The notes below the pieces were generated by a model. That model worked only from the letters and a program-made list of their open reading frames with translations. It was not told the origin of the DNA and searched no databases. Both the position numbers and the translations under genes were made by a program. A DNA stretch of 64,000 nt, from positions 12,026,286 through 12,090,285 of the forward strand of contig CM082581.2 of NCBI GenBank assembly GCA_040954595.2, given 5' to 3'. This document shows, piece after piece, positions 26,343 to 39,300 of this stretch (positions within the stretch are counted from its first letter, which is position 1; every line of letters begins with the position of its first letter). This stretch comes from Balanoglossus misakiensis. Its lineage: Eukaryota > Animalia > Hemichordata.

Positions 26343-29300
26343 GTGTAGAGGGAGAGGCGCGTGGACAAAGTTAAAAATCAAAGGATAGGTATTTTAAGAG
26401 CACTTAAATAAATCACAATGCATTGCCCCGCAGTTCTGCGGTTCTCAAATCATGGATGTTCGGTGGTTTGATGAGAGGAACGAGGGCGGACGAACAAGCG
26501 ATCAGGCGGATTGAAGAAGGATAGTTAACGAAAGCTTTACACAGTAAATGCAAATCACTCCAATTACTGCGATTCCCCAGGGTAAGTTATGACTTTGATC
26601 GTCAGAATAAGATTTACTGTTGGGATAAAACTGTTTCCATATACGAAAACTATTTGAACTAATGATAAAGCATCGCACATGGTTTTGCGGCATCGACTTA
26701 TAGATGTAATACCAGAATGACGTTGTTCTGTAAAGACATGAAACGCGCCGACTTTAATCATTCCCAAAATTCGTCGAAATCAGTTTGCAAATTCAGGAAG
26801 ACCGCGTTAGAGAAGTTACAATTAAGAGCAAACACTGACGGACAGATAACTGTTCATATGCACGAGTCTATAGTTCTCGTGGCTATCGTTAACTGATTAC
26901 ACGGTACCTATAAACAAGCTACTGACGCAGAACACTACAAGACCTTTACGCCCATACGTCCATTGATAAATCCGGGAAAGTGATAAAATCAAAGTTAAGA
27001 ACTTACCAACAGAAACGATGCTTTGCACGTAGACATCATAGCGTTAATACCACTTCACTCTTGTGCCTTCAGATGCTTTTACCTCGTCACAGAATGCAGC
27101 CCATGACGCGCACGGGGAATAACGGGAGACACCGGTGGATCTGCAGGCAAAGTGTATACATTACAGGTAGCGGAAAACCTTTATAATAACGTGCTCACTG
27201 TATAAGCATCCATGTGGCTGATTAGTAAACATACAGACATGCGCAGACTGAACACTGTTCTCGTACATGAACAAATGCCACCTTTCCTTGCCACCGTAAA
27301 ATGAAGTGTCGATTTTAATTCCTTCCCCGGCCAAAGGTCTAAGCATTAAAACATTCATGTTAATTTTTTTCCTATAATTTTCGTCTAAGAACTATTCATG
27401 GTATATATGTACATGTATATGACATAATACAACCTGGCGATTTATCCCTCATGTATTAATACGCACATAATGATGAAAAGACCCCGGTATAAATCAAAGG
27501 TTAATACCGATGAAAGTCGATTGTAATGATCCGGTCTTCAGAGGAAAAGTTGTATACAGTATTTAATGTCGGGCGAGTACAACCACGGCGAGACTAAGAA
27601 CATCACTTGTTAACACTGTAATCCATCCCGCTGTGGTAATCTGTAGAGCGCTACAGTGAATAGCGGCAAACAGTAAAATGCATTTTGTTACCGCGTTTAC
27701 AAAGTCACCGACTGGTAAAGACATCCGATGATTGGCACACATGTACGATGCGTTCAAACCAAACACTTACGATTTTGCTGATATAAAGTTGTTCGCTTTA
27801 TAAGGGAGATAAGGGAGCTGTCAAGTAGATTTTGGTAGGGAGGGGTGAGATTTTTATGTCGTTTTAAACCTATGCTTGTTCCGTATTTTTGGCGGATGAC
27901 GAAGACAAGAGAGTTTTTCAAAATGTCAATTATTTGAGTTTCCGTGCATTTTGTTTATACTACAAAGTTGCATCGTCTAGTTTGATTACAAACGTTAATA
28001 ATTCAAATTTTATCGTTTCATTTTCCGACCGACTTGGGACAGACTAATCTCTCCGAGGGGCGTACACTGACAAACAAACTAAAAAGTACTCTCGCCCAAC
28101 TTCAATTAAAACGAAACAAATGAGAATAAAGTAAAAAGGCGCCACTGTTCTTCAAACGGCGATGATATATTCTAACAGAGCATGCAATTATAATGAAACG
28201 TCAAAGCGTGCAATTCTGCACATGATAAGAAAAACAAACATTATCGAAGGAACGATTCCCCAACGTAATGATATATTTAAAGGTCGTGCGAATACGACGA
28301 GAAAACTTACAGCTGTGGTTGGGTTACGTAGCCTGTAGGATGTAAGCGACCGTGCCCACGTTTATAAAATATCGATTGCACAGTGGTATTTCCCCGGGAG
28401 TTCTGAGTCTGTTTGCTGGTTTGTTAATTTGCCTGCCACGTGTAGCTATGGTTTGTTTCCCATGGCCTTTCAACTCTATTGTTTGGCTTCACCGTGAAGA
28501 ATCAACGTTAGACTATAGAGTGGGCAATGCTTGCAACTTGTTTTCCCTTTCTTCTAAAAAGTTTCAACATTTTTAATAATAATATTTGACACTTACTGTT
28601 TAGTTTCCTATGGTCGGTTTCTGTCCTTGCAACCAAGGCATCGAAATCAGGCCCAATAATCATTGCCATTCAAGAAAAGCCAATTGCTAGGTCAATCAGA
28701 GAAATAGAAAACATGGTAATTGCAACGACTCATCTTGAAGCACTATAAGTGGTGGTACCAGGTGTCCCGAATCGGTATTTTACACGTCAAGACTCAAGAC
28801 TGACCCAAACGTCAATCCACACGCGTGTAATTTGCGTAAACTGATGACAAATTACTAATGTGCGTCAAATCCAGAATGCTGTCCGACTTATTATTTGAGT
28901 AACAGATGCGTCAAATTTGGACACAAAATCTAATCTCTGTATTTACGAATGCCTTAGAGCAAACAAGCATGCACGCATTACACGAAATGAGGCTAAAACC
29001 GCTGGCGTTTTCAGAAAAAATGGGTTAATTACGGAGTCCTACCTAAAGTTCACCGTCGGAAGATCGGACGCTCGGCACTGGCACTGTTCTCAAGTGAGCG
29101 ACACGAGGCGAGGGCGGTCGCTGGTGTAAGAGAACGCACGTGTCAATGCACCTGGCAGCAGAAACCAATCAGGAGAAGGGAAACAAACACACCTGGTCAG
29201 ACTTTGTCTCGGTTACCCACATCCAAAACGAGGCTACCAGACTCCGAGATGGGTCTTGGCCCAATGCGCAAAAAAAACTCAGAGGGATAATTGCGTTTAC

Positions 29301-29945
29301 AGATGCATTCAGCTGATATCCACCAGGTTGCTTATTGTATTACAAAAAATATGAACCCAAAATATATTAAATACATCTTCTACCAGAAAAAAAACTTTGA
29401 ACCAAAACAGTCCCTATCCGTTATGCTTCCTAGGGGCGCCCAGACTGAAAAATCTGTCGCTGGTGCTGACTCATGATCCAAGGAAACTTGACATGAAGTT
29501 CTCCATATAGTTACATGTAACTATAATTGGTCGTTATTAGTCGCTCAGGGTCCATGAACTTTATTCATTGAATCTATGTTGTAAAAACTAGGCCAATGAC
29601 GTCTACAAGGTGAAGTCTTGTCCGTCAGTCATATTCTATCCAGCTTAGCCATGACGTGAAAGGAAATTCTTAAAATCCACGCTTCCGGGTATTCCCATGC
29701 AGGCTAACGTGGAGTTGGAAAAATCTCACAACATGGACGTAAAAAGAGAAGGACTTGGGACTGCTGCTTAAGCCCATTCACACCTATTGTGTTCTCTTTG
29801 TCTACGCTGTCCTGGTCAAACTCTTGTTAAGCTGAATCTCAATGATGTCATTAGAAACGGCAAGCTGCATTCTGGTATAACATAAAATATCTATAGATGT
29901 ACAAAATAAATGCATCAAATCCAAAACTGCGTTGAAATGTCGGGT

Positions 29946-32900
29946 CTACCGTTGTCTTATTAAATACAGCGCAGTAAAAAGTGACAGGAAATATGCGGCG
30001 AATGAACAGGCAACGAGAGACGAGCTGCCGCCGACCATACCAACGACTTCAATCTTCCACCCGAGGTATTGATGCGTGTAGCACTGAAAAGAAAAGAAAA
30101 AACAAAGACAAACAATGAACCACAGTTGATATAAGGCACGGCAAATGTGAAACACTATCCACAATGTCGTCTCATACTGCTGGGCATAAAACCATCTGAC
30201 AATGCCAGAATGTCATTCAACACGCGAGTGACGCAAATGTACGTCCATCAGTGAAGACGTGTAAGTAAAAGTCGACCAAATAATTGACATTTAAAAGTTG
30301 TAAAATGAAATAGAGATGCGTAATCAGAATGATGAGGAATGGACATATGGAATCGATGCATTACAGGGAAATAGAAAACGGAAAGTTTAGTAAACTCAAC
30401 TTCCGTCGCTTTTTGGCACCCTCGAAAACCATGAGTCTTCCCAAAACAAAAAGAAGACTTTCTCCTTATTACATGCCTTTGATTGGAATAGTAAAATTGA
30501 CTATTTTGACATGTCTGTACCTGGTAATAGTAAGTTCCCGTCTCTTCTGGGCGCCATTGTAAAACAGCACGGTTGCCCGTTCGGCAATTCAGTTGCAAAG
30601 TTTTAAAGTAATCATCAAATGTCTCCGACTCTTCAGAACGATCGACGCCTTTAGCTTCGTACTCGCAGTAGCGACCCGCTGAAAGAGCATCACGTGCGGT
30701 TCAGAAGAAGAGAAAAGGATTTCGTCAGATGAACATTCGATCGATTCAGATGATGTCTACAACCGGGGAAACATCAACCATTATACTAGACTCTGGTAGA
30801 ATGAAAAATCCCACTTACGAGGTTTATTGTTACAGAGTATGATATGAAAAAAGGGACACTAGAACACTTCACAGCACAGTACAATACATACAGTACAAGG
30901 AACAATCCAAGCCGACGGTGTAGATATAGGGACAAGTATACTGGCGGTGGACATGAAATGAAGTATGGTTACCTGCTGTAGGATATGGTTCCCCATTCTC
31001 GTCAAAGTCTACACCAGCAAACACTTCAACGCCCTGGACAAAATAATAACACGCAATTGTAGCATTATTAGTTCTTGTGAACAACCAATGTGTATAAACC
31101 AGTTTTTGATATATCCATGAAACAGACAGACAGACAGACAGACAGACGCGCTCATGTATACCAAGGGAGCTAAAACAGCGCCACTTGCCTGTCTTTCTTC
31201 CTCAGTCTTCTGGATATAACCCCCAATGGGGTCATCTGTGATATAGAAAGGATGGTACTGCGCTGTCTGACTGGAATCATCGCCTCCTTCAACGATGAAG
31301 GTGTAATTCTGTCCCACTTCGAGTTCCAGTATGGGAATAAGTTTGCCATCAATGTACCAGGCAATACCCCATGCTACTTGGCCTGCAGATTAAATAAAAA
31401 GTTGTTGGTCTGCAGATCAAAGCATAGACTATAGATCTGAACATTCTTCGCCCCATATTGGCACCAAGCACGGGCGGCCACAATCCCGCTTTAGAAATAA
31501 CTCACGAATTAAACTGGTCCCTTCTCGCTTTCATGAAAGAAACTTAAGAGAGAGTAAAGTTAAACACTCATTTCCGAGCTGGATGCATGTATACTTCTGG
31601 AGTGTGTTCAATACCTGTGATGGCGGTGTATCCTCTTCTGCCGCCGGCTTGACCAATCCGTGCCGTAAATTCTGTGTGTTGCTCGTCTCCCAATATCCGT
31701 ATCTGATCCCACGCTGTCACAGGCGCCAGAGTTGATCTTGAAAACATGGGGCAACTGTTCGCTGCCGCACGACCGAAATTCAACTTCACGTCACCTGCCG
31801 AGATCATACAAGGGACAGTAATGGGATGTGTTTTGTTTATAGGGTGATAATACATCGCATCACCAAAGCATTCATTGCGGTCTAGGCAACAGGTGGCTTT
31901 TCATTTTCGTCTTGAATGGTCACAGTACATTGATTTCCTAGCTTCTGTGCAGATCAAACCGTTTTCCATGTTACACTTTACGAAACAACACGCAATAAAT
32001 TAAGCTTACCCGTGGGAATCGTGTGGTGCTTGGCTACCACACCATTGCTGTTGATTAATCCCATCGCCCATGCTACATACACTTCTCTGTCAGTTTGTAT
32101 TATTTTGTCTCGGGCATCACCTGCAAAATATTTAGGTGAATTTCCAATGCTCGATTCCAAATAGAAAGGTTTGGGAAATTGTGCTAAAGTTTTCAGAGAT
32201 GATAGATCAACCGACACGTTTCAAGTTCTTGCTTATTTGTGCGTGCGTCGGTTCTGTTGTTCTGTTGTATTTCAGAGTTCATATCTTGTGCACCTGGGAA
32301 ATTTTGAATACGCTACACGATTAGATTATTCTATTGATTTTGACGTCATTTGCCAAGGTATAAACCTAAGCTACTGACATTTCGGGACAAGCAGTTCACT
32401 ACCCACCTGTGTTTAACATTCTTCTGAATCCAATACTGACAATACCATCTTTTATCATTGATATGATATCTGATACATTATCTTCTGTATCAGGACATGC
32501 CCCAGCACCAACACTACACTGCAGAAGAAATAAAATGCACAGAAAATGTCAAAATGAAAAGTGAAATTCTGATAGCTGTGATGTTTGACCTCGTATGACG
32601 CAGCACACGACTTTATGTGGGTGTTATTTGCCTTCGAATCAATATAAAAATAGATGTATATCATGACAAACAATAAACGCTCAGCACATCATCATAAGTG
32701 GATAACAGCTGTTGAACGCAACTTTGTACGCCAATAATAACCTTTCCGTGAAAGATTTTTGGTCACGTTTCTGTCCTCACCTGGGCGTAGTCATTCAAAT
32801 CATAGTCGACAGCCATCACCCCTTCCGTTCGGTCATTCCATGCCACTGTGACGTCAGCACCAATCATGGCGGTGCGGCTATCCGAACCGCTGATGCCAAA

Positions 32901-35387
32901 AGCCATGTATTCTCCAGTATCTACCCGACCACTCAGCTCAAAATCGATGTAGCCACTTCCCAACGTCCAACTCACGTGATAGTTGTCGTTCAGAACTTCG
33001 CAGTTCTCATAATCTGTCTGTTATTGAGACAGAAATGGTCATTTTGAAAGAAAAAAATCATTTCCTGTGAAAGAATCTACCACAGACACAGAAATAAGTC
33101 GCCCGGTTTGTGGCGTAACCCACATTCAGATGCGGTCAGAAAAGTCGAAATTATGACTAGAAAACAGAATTAAGAAAGACACGACTACAAATTTATGACC
33201 TCATCATTTACCTCATCTGCGGCATCTTCTATGTATGGCGGGATGTTCAGGTTGTCAGGGATCAAAACGTGGCCGAAATTCTGCACAGCACGGACGCACC
33301 ACATGGACAACCAGTCGTAATCGAAAATGGTCATATCACCGGTCATCTGGATGGAAATTGTCTGGCCATTGTAACCGGAAAGAGGTCGAGTCCTTTAGTG
33401 AAATACCAGACATAGAAATTGTTGAAGTACAGTCAAATTCTGTTACTTGCAAACCAAATTTCTATCTACGACAGCAGTGACGATTATTTCTCGTTTTTTT
33501 TTCATTTAATTTTACCTTCGATTTTCATCAGGCACTTTGATGCCGTTTCGATGGGGTGATGATCCAGTACCAACCCAAAAGTACGCATCTGCAAAGAAGT
33601 TTCGGGCAATTAAGAACCTGTATACTAATGACGTTTGTATATACCTATTGAATATGGGACAACACAGCATCGCATGGGTACATATACCCCAACATTCCGA
33701 AGCACTGATCTAGCTTGGAAATTGGACAAATTGTAATCTGGGATACTTCACGTACACCAACTACTAAGGGGATACGTACACGCCAAAGTCTCATGGTTCG
33801 AAAAAACATAAAACCTCGCACATGCGCACTGTATATACCGGTGTCAGTAAGAATTTACCTGGACCATTGCCATCATAATGCAGGTTCTCAATACGGAATG
33901 TCTTGGCATTTACCGCATACACGTGACCACGAAGGCCATGTGCGAGTCTTGAGAATTCTCCCAGGTCGTATTCAGAGGGCGCCACAAATCCGCTCTGGAA
34001 CGTCACATGACCAAAATCCGCCTGTCGAAGATGAACAAGAACGTGAGTTTTTTGCGCCAATATTTGAAATCAGTAATGGTAAACCCAAAGTGTTCTTTGC
34101 CTGTCGAAAAGGCACAAATAAGGTTTTTTTCTACGTCCACACTGGCAGGCTCCGCCAAGGATACATTGTAAATCTCGACAATCTGCTAACGATTTTCTTT
34201 CTCATTTCTATCAAGTTTAGACGATGGAATAAGTAGGAAATATACACCCCTACCGTAAATCTTCGACACCACACTGAGATCCATTTGTAATCGGATATTG
34301 TGGTTTCTCCAGGAAGTGTTATGGTGATATCCTTGTTCGCATATACATCCAACGGAGAGAGGCTACAAATTTGCGAGAGAAAGATGCGGGTTTAATGAGG
34401 GTGCATTTGGATCAATTCAGTTGTTTGTTTGTGTTCACTTGTTTGGTTTCAAATTGTTTGTTTAATTTTTTTGGGGTTCCTCAAAATCCCATCGAGAGAA
34501 GAATGATCGGTCTTATCCAGAGAGATTACCTTCTTGCTTGACTAATTCATACCAATGGGAAAGGTTTTATTCTGACGTACCTTCCTCGTTCGTTTGGTAC
34601 AATTGTACCAGTATCATCAGGGATATTACTCGAGCCAACCCAGAAGAAAGCATCTGCAATTGAGATAGTGTGAGAGTCATGCTTCTGATACTTTTATTAA
34701 CCGAAATTATATCGGGTTTCTAGTTCTTAGTTCTGGTAGTTTGATGGGTGCTCACTTCTAGGCACAAGCCAAATGGAGCCACCCGGGGGGGGGGGGAGGG
34801 TAGCAACATCGGATTACACATGCCCGTGTATCGCAGTTATAAATTGCGCCCCCACGGCAAAACGTGACGGATTTGGTTACACCGTTTGTTTGTCTTTATA
34901 TAGTTTCCGGGTTCACATCCGCATCAGTCTATATACAAATGGAGTTCACGACTTAAATGACTCACCTGGAGCTGTTCCATCGTAATTAAACCCTATGATA
35001 CGAAGACGTCGATTGTCGACAGCATAAACTGTGCCCGACACACCATGGGCCAGTGTAGAAAAGTCGGCTATGCGTTTACCGTGGTACGGGTCTGCACCGT
35101 AAATTTGCTCTAAAAGTGAAACAAATACAATGTTTATCATGCACAAACATTACCAGCAGCCTAATTAAATTCCATTGAAGTTGCGCACTTTCATGGGTGT
35201 GGTCGCTATTGCGGCCAGGTCACATGACGTTGTGTTTGGAAAAAGAAATTATTAAAACTCTCAGTGCGATACCATGATTGAAGAGATATTTGACGCTGAC
35301 ATTTGGAAATAATAAGTTTCAGTGAAAATCGCACAGCTTACCTGTAACAGAACAAAATAGAAGTACGAGAAAAACACAAGCAGCCAT
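29946..35387 (-). CDS. knk: Knickkopf/Skeletor-like secreted protein (signal peptide, 2x DM13, DOMON, C-terminal domain, hydrophobic GPI-like tail), ~659 aa, 15 exons
   Basis: Phase-consistent exons (minus): 35342-35387, 34966-35109, 34581-34653, 34254-34362, 33859-34021, 33516-33588, 33212-33392, 32781-33017, 32407-32518, 32010-32120, 31615-31794, 31189-31382, 30973-31033, 30521-30678, 29946-30083 (1980 nt). Signal peptide MAACVFLVLLFCSVT. DM13 motifs HGVSGTVYAVD..FNYDGTAPDAFFWVG..WISVWCRRFTADFG and HGLRGHVYAVN..YDGNGPDAYFWVG..WLSMWCVRAVQNFG. DOMON YMAFGISG..MIGADVTVAW. C-terminal YTFIVEGG..YHPFYITDDP..YYYQCYTHQYLGWKI, then a hydrophobic tail. Family assigned from motifs; knk versus Skeletor orthology not tested. 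Confidence 0.88.
31122..31147. repeat. (ACAG)n microsatellite in a knk-like intron
   Basis: ACAGACAGACAG... run inside intron 31034-31188. Confidence 0.85.
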
Positions 35388-36380
35388 GTCTCGCCGGAAA
35401 GTAGTCAATATCGAAACAACACGTTCAGCGTTAAGGGCCTACTCGTAAAACCAATGGCATTGACCACTGTGACTGTGTCTTGGGTGGGTTGGTAAAATTG
35501 CTATCCTTGGAGGTTGACCTGTTGATAAAGACAGACTTCTATACGACTGTCTGCTTGTGACCGACTGACTTCAACACTTTCTTTTCCGCTTTGACAAGAA
35601 ACACGAGCCGTAACCCACCCACGACAATAAGCTATTTATAGGGTAACGGAACCATGCATGCAGCTATTGTGTGTTGAGAGTCGGGCTCCTCATTAAACTT
35701 ATAGCCTTTGGTCATACGACTTCCTGTGCTCTAACTCACTGAGGAATTCTCGGAAAACTCTCATTGCATAGCCGGTGAAATCAACAATTTGCCAAAGTCC
35801 TCAAACAGCTATGTCTGGTGACAGTCGCAAAAGTCTTTAATATGTAAATGCCACCGTTGAAGGAAGTTGGTCTTTTAGTCTTCCTGGAAACAAACTCTTT
35901 CTTTGTCGCACTACAGGACAGACATGTTTTTTTTTTCAAAGTAGCCTGGCAACAGAATTTTTTAGAAACTCCCCCAGCCCCCCCCCCTATCAAATGGTGT
36001 ACTGCCCTTAGTATCGCGTGCATCGCGAGCTCGTATCTCGCGAGAGTTTATATCTGTGACCCCATCCAATATGGCTGCGCCCATGAGAAGTACGCTTACG
36101 ACGACGTAATGTTTTTTTCTCAATGTTTAGAACGTAAGTTGCCGGATAATTTAGAGATTTCTCCGAAATTTCCTCCAATTATACTGTTATCTATGACCAA
36201 ATTTTCCGACGACATGATGCAACTCTTTGGATGATTGGAGATAGACCCGTTCGAATTTTCAACAGCATCGTAAGATCCAAACGTCGTCTGCTTTAGTTTA
36301 CGGTAACCTAGTAACACGTAACAGGTGACATTCGTTTTTGATTACACGTAGTAAGGAATCACCCTTAATTAAACAGAACT
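35388..36380. promoter_or_regulatory. Divergent promoter region between knk-like and DHX34, with a probable DHX34 5' exon and intron
   Basis: CpG-richer patch. Palindromic TCTCGCGAGA (36036-36045, BANP/ZBTB33-type housekeeping motif). YY1-like AATATGGCTGC (~36068-36078). Donor GTAAGT at 36134 and acceptor AAACAG ending 36376, 4 nt before the ATG. Confidence 0.5.
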
Positions 36381-39300
36381 ATGCCAAGAAGCTCACGGTC
36401 TGATCGTAGCTCCAGCCACAAGCATAAGAGAAGGCGAGAAAAATCACCGAAAGAAAAACGCAAAGAGAGAAGCGTTTCCGGTGATGAAGAGGGGTCTCAT
36501 CACTCCCGTCGTAAACATAGTGAAGGAAGAAGTCGGTCACCGAGAAGCCGAGATCGAGGAGCGAATTATGCACGTAGCGACAAAAAGAAACACGAAAAAT
36601 CGAGTCTTCATCACCCCAAACCCCGTCGGAGAGTGGAGTCTGGGCACAGAAGGGACAGTGACTCGAGAGATAGGAGATCTCCAAAACGCAAAAATTACGA
36701 AGATGTTTACAAGGACGAGATAATGAGAGAGGAACGAATCATGGAACGCAGAAGATTCCCAGAATCAGACAGCCGGAAAACTGACGGAACTGACTTGAGG
36801 ACAGTTCCATCGACAAGTAACCATGGCAACAGGCGTGTTGAAGAAGGTGGTTCAAGAAGTGAAGATGATGTTTATGGAAGTGAAAGAAAAGTTCAATATG
36901 GTGATTTAGAGTGGTTGGCATGGCAACAACACAAAGCTGAACTTGACGACATATTTTTCAGAGACCATGATTTCATCAAAAGGTAGGTGTAATCATAAAT
37001 GTAGTGTTGCTAAACTTGACATTAATATTCTCTAATATGCTCTGTGCTGATCCATTTGCTAGGCAATTTGATGGGTATGACAATTTGTAATACTGTTGCC
37101 ACATTGCAGAGGAACAAAAGACTATGAAGACTTCTGGGCATTCTTCAAGAAATACCAAGCATTCCAAAGTAGAAGACAGATGTCTGGTAAAGGTGAGATT
37201 TACCAAATCCACACTTTAATACTTTCTCTAGCAATATAGTCACAATCTAAAAATTCTGACAGATTATCAAACTGTCTAAAATAATTACATCCACACATGC
37301 ATTTATTGTCTTTAATGTCAAGATGAGTTGATGATTTGTTAACTTTTCACTCACTTTAGGTCATTCTGCAACAACTGTCGACTCAAGCAGGACTTCCACC
37401 AACATTCTGGGATTACCAAAGACTTACGACAAGAGATACAGGATCAGTGTTTCCCTGAAATCAAAAGATATGGAGCACTATTCCAGACCATATTCTTTGT
37501 CAGGAGAAGAAGGTACATTACCGACATTGTAAGATTGTTTCACCTGTCGTATATGATTCTGTTTCTTGGCCTTCTGATTGTATTGTACATAAAGGAGACC
37601 CCATATGGATAACGCGGCATGCCTTGGATCAACGTAGGAGCCTAAAACTTGTCACTTCACTTTTCATTTGTATACCCCCTTTGTGTTTCCAACAGATGCC
37701 AAGAAACTCAGCCGAGAAAAAGTGTCTGAATTCCGTCAAGTTCTTCTCCATTATGTGGACTTCTGCCAGAAACAACAGGTAAGACCTTATAACATGATTA
37801 TATTCATGTGAAAATGTTTATATACATGACCAGTTTATCTTTGAGTTGGCTATAACAAATGCCATCATTTGACAACCTCTTTTCTTTTTTTTTTTTTTCC
37901 ACAGTTTAATAAATTGGCTAAGCTGCGTAAAGATCAGGCAAACCTGCCCATTGCTCAGTACAAAGACAAGATTATCAATGCTGTCAAGGCTCATCAGGTG
38001 ATCGTGGTTGCCGGGGATACAGGATGTGGAAAATCAACACAAGTAAATGTGTCTATCTCTGTTGTCTCAACCAATTAACTGGAGAATACTGATTCTAGGT
38101 TCAAAAAGAAATTGTGCTGGGGTGAGGGGTGATCAAATCAGTCTCAGGCTGGTAGTGCAGTTGCGCAATCTGTGTTCAATATACAACCTGTTTGAAACAC
38201 TGTCCATGTCCTTTGTCTATCGCATCTCAGGTCCCACAGTACTTAATGTCCGCTGGTTTCACCAACATTGCTTGTACACAACCCCGTCGTATTGCCTGCA
38301 TATCCCTGGCAAAGAGAGTTGGTTACGAAACACTGAATGAGTATGGCTCTGAAGTCGCTTACAAGATACGATTTGAATCGACTAAGAATATCTTCACCAG
38401 GATTTTGTTTCTTACTGAAGGTAAGACAGTGTTCTCCCCAGAGAAAGCAAGTATGTGTATGCTTTCAAACCCTACCCTTTCATTTTGGGAAAACAATAAA
38501 AAATCTTGTAACAATCAGTGGCATTGTTATAGAAAGTTACAATGCTGTAACAGAAACTCCTCATCCATTACAGGTTTGTTACTGAGACAGATATCCACAG
38601 ATCCAACATTATCACAGTACAACGTCATCGTCATTGACGAAGTTCATGAGAGACATATTCATACTGATTTTCTTCTCGGTGTCTTGAGGTGCCTTCTCCA
38701 ACACCGCCAAGATCTCAAGATTGTGCTGATGTCAGCCACAATCAACATAAATCTCTTCTCTGGGTATTTCAGTGATTGCCCGGTCTTACAGGTAAGTGTG
38801 TGGGAAACCTGAAGAGATGTAAGTTGACTGAAGTACTGAAGCAATGGTATGTGACAATTGCATGTCCATATAGAGTGCATTGATTGAAGAGTGCACAGTC
38901 ATGCACCTTACAGTTTCTCTAACCTTGTGTCAGGAATACTCCCCTTTATAGTAATGGTGTTTCTCAACCCCTTCTGACAGGTGCCAGGCAGGCTCTATCC
39001 GATCAAGCTGGAATATGTTCCAATAATCTCTGAGGTGAGACACAGACATTTTAATTCTCTATGTACAGAATATGAGATTTTGTACATCCTTTTTTGTGTA
39101 AATGATATCAGGCAGAAACTGAGCATGAACCCCATCATATTAATGTGCCGCCACTCTCCACAACCACAGGAGCAGTCTAGCAAATCAGAAAGACTAGACC
39201 CAAGGCCTTATCTGCGTATCATGCAGCGAATCGACAACAAGTACCCAGCCACAGAGAGAGGAGACCTGCTTATATTTCTCAGTGGAATGTCAGAGATTAC

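Noticed and set aside
11869-28290. Scattered TTAAAGG words resembling Kolobok-type transposon termini
   Set aside because: No matching inverted partner ends could be paired.
424-29476. Dozens of 60-105 aa ORFs in the left half of the window
   Set aside because: No recognisable domains, composition typical of random AT-rich sequence, many with non-ATG starts, and no phase-consistent exon chain found.
33715-34236. 173-aa + strand ORF and other antisense ORFs over the knk-like, SoxH and PGC-1 exons
   Set aside because: Shadow ORFs opposite real exons, with no independent protein features.
34781-36010. G/C homopolymer patches (34785-34800, 35970-35987) as G-quadruplex or regulatory elements
   Set aside because: They look like fragments of common MITE ends; no complete element or function can be supported.
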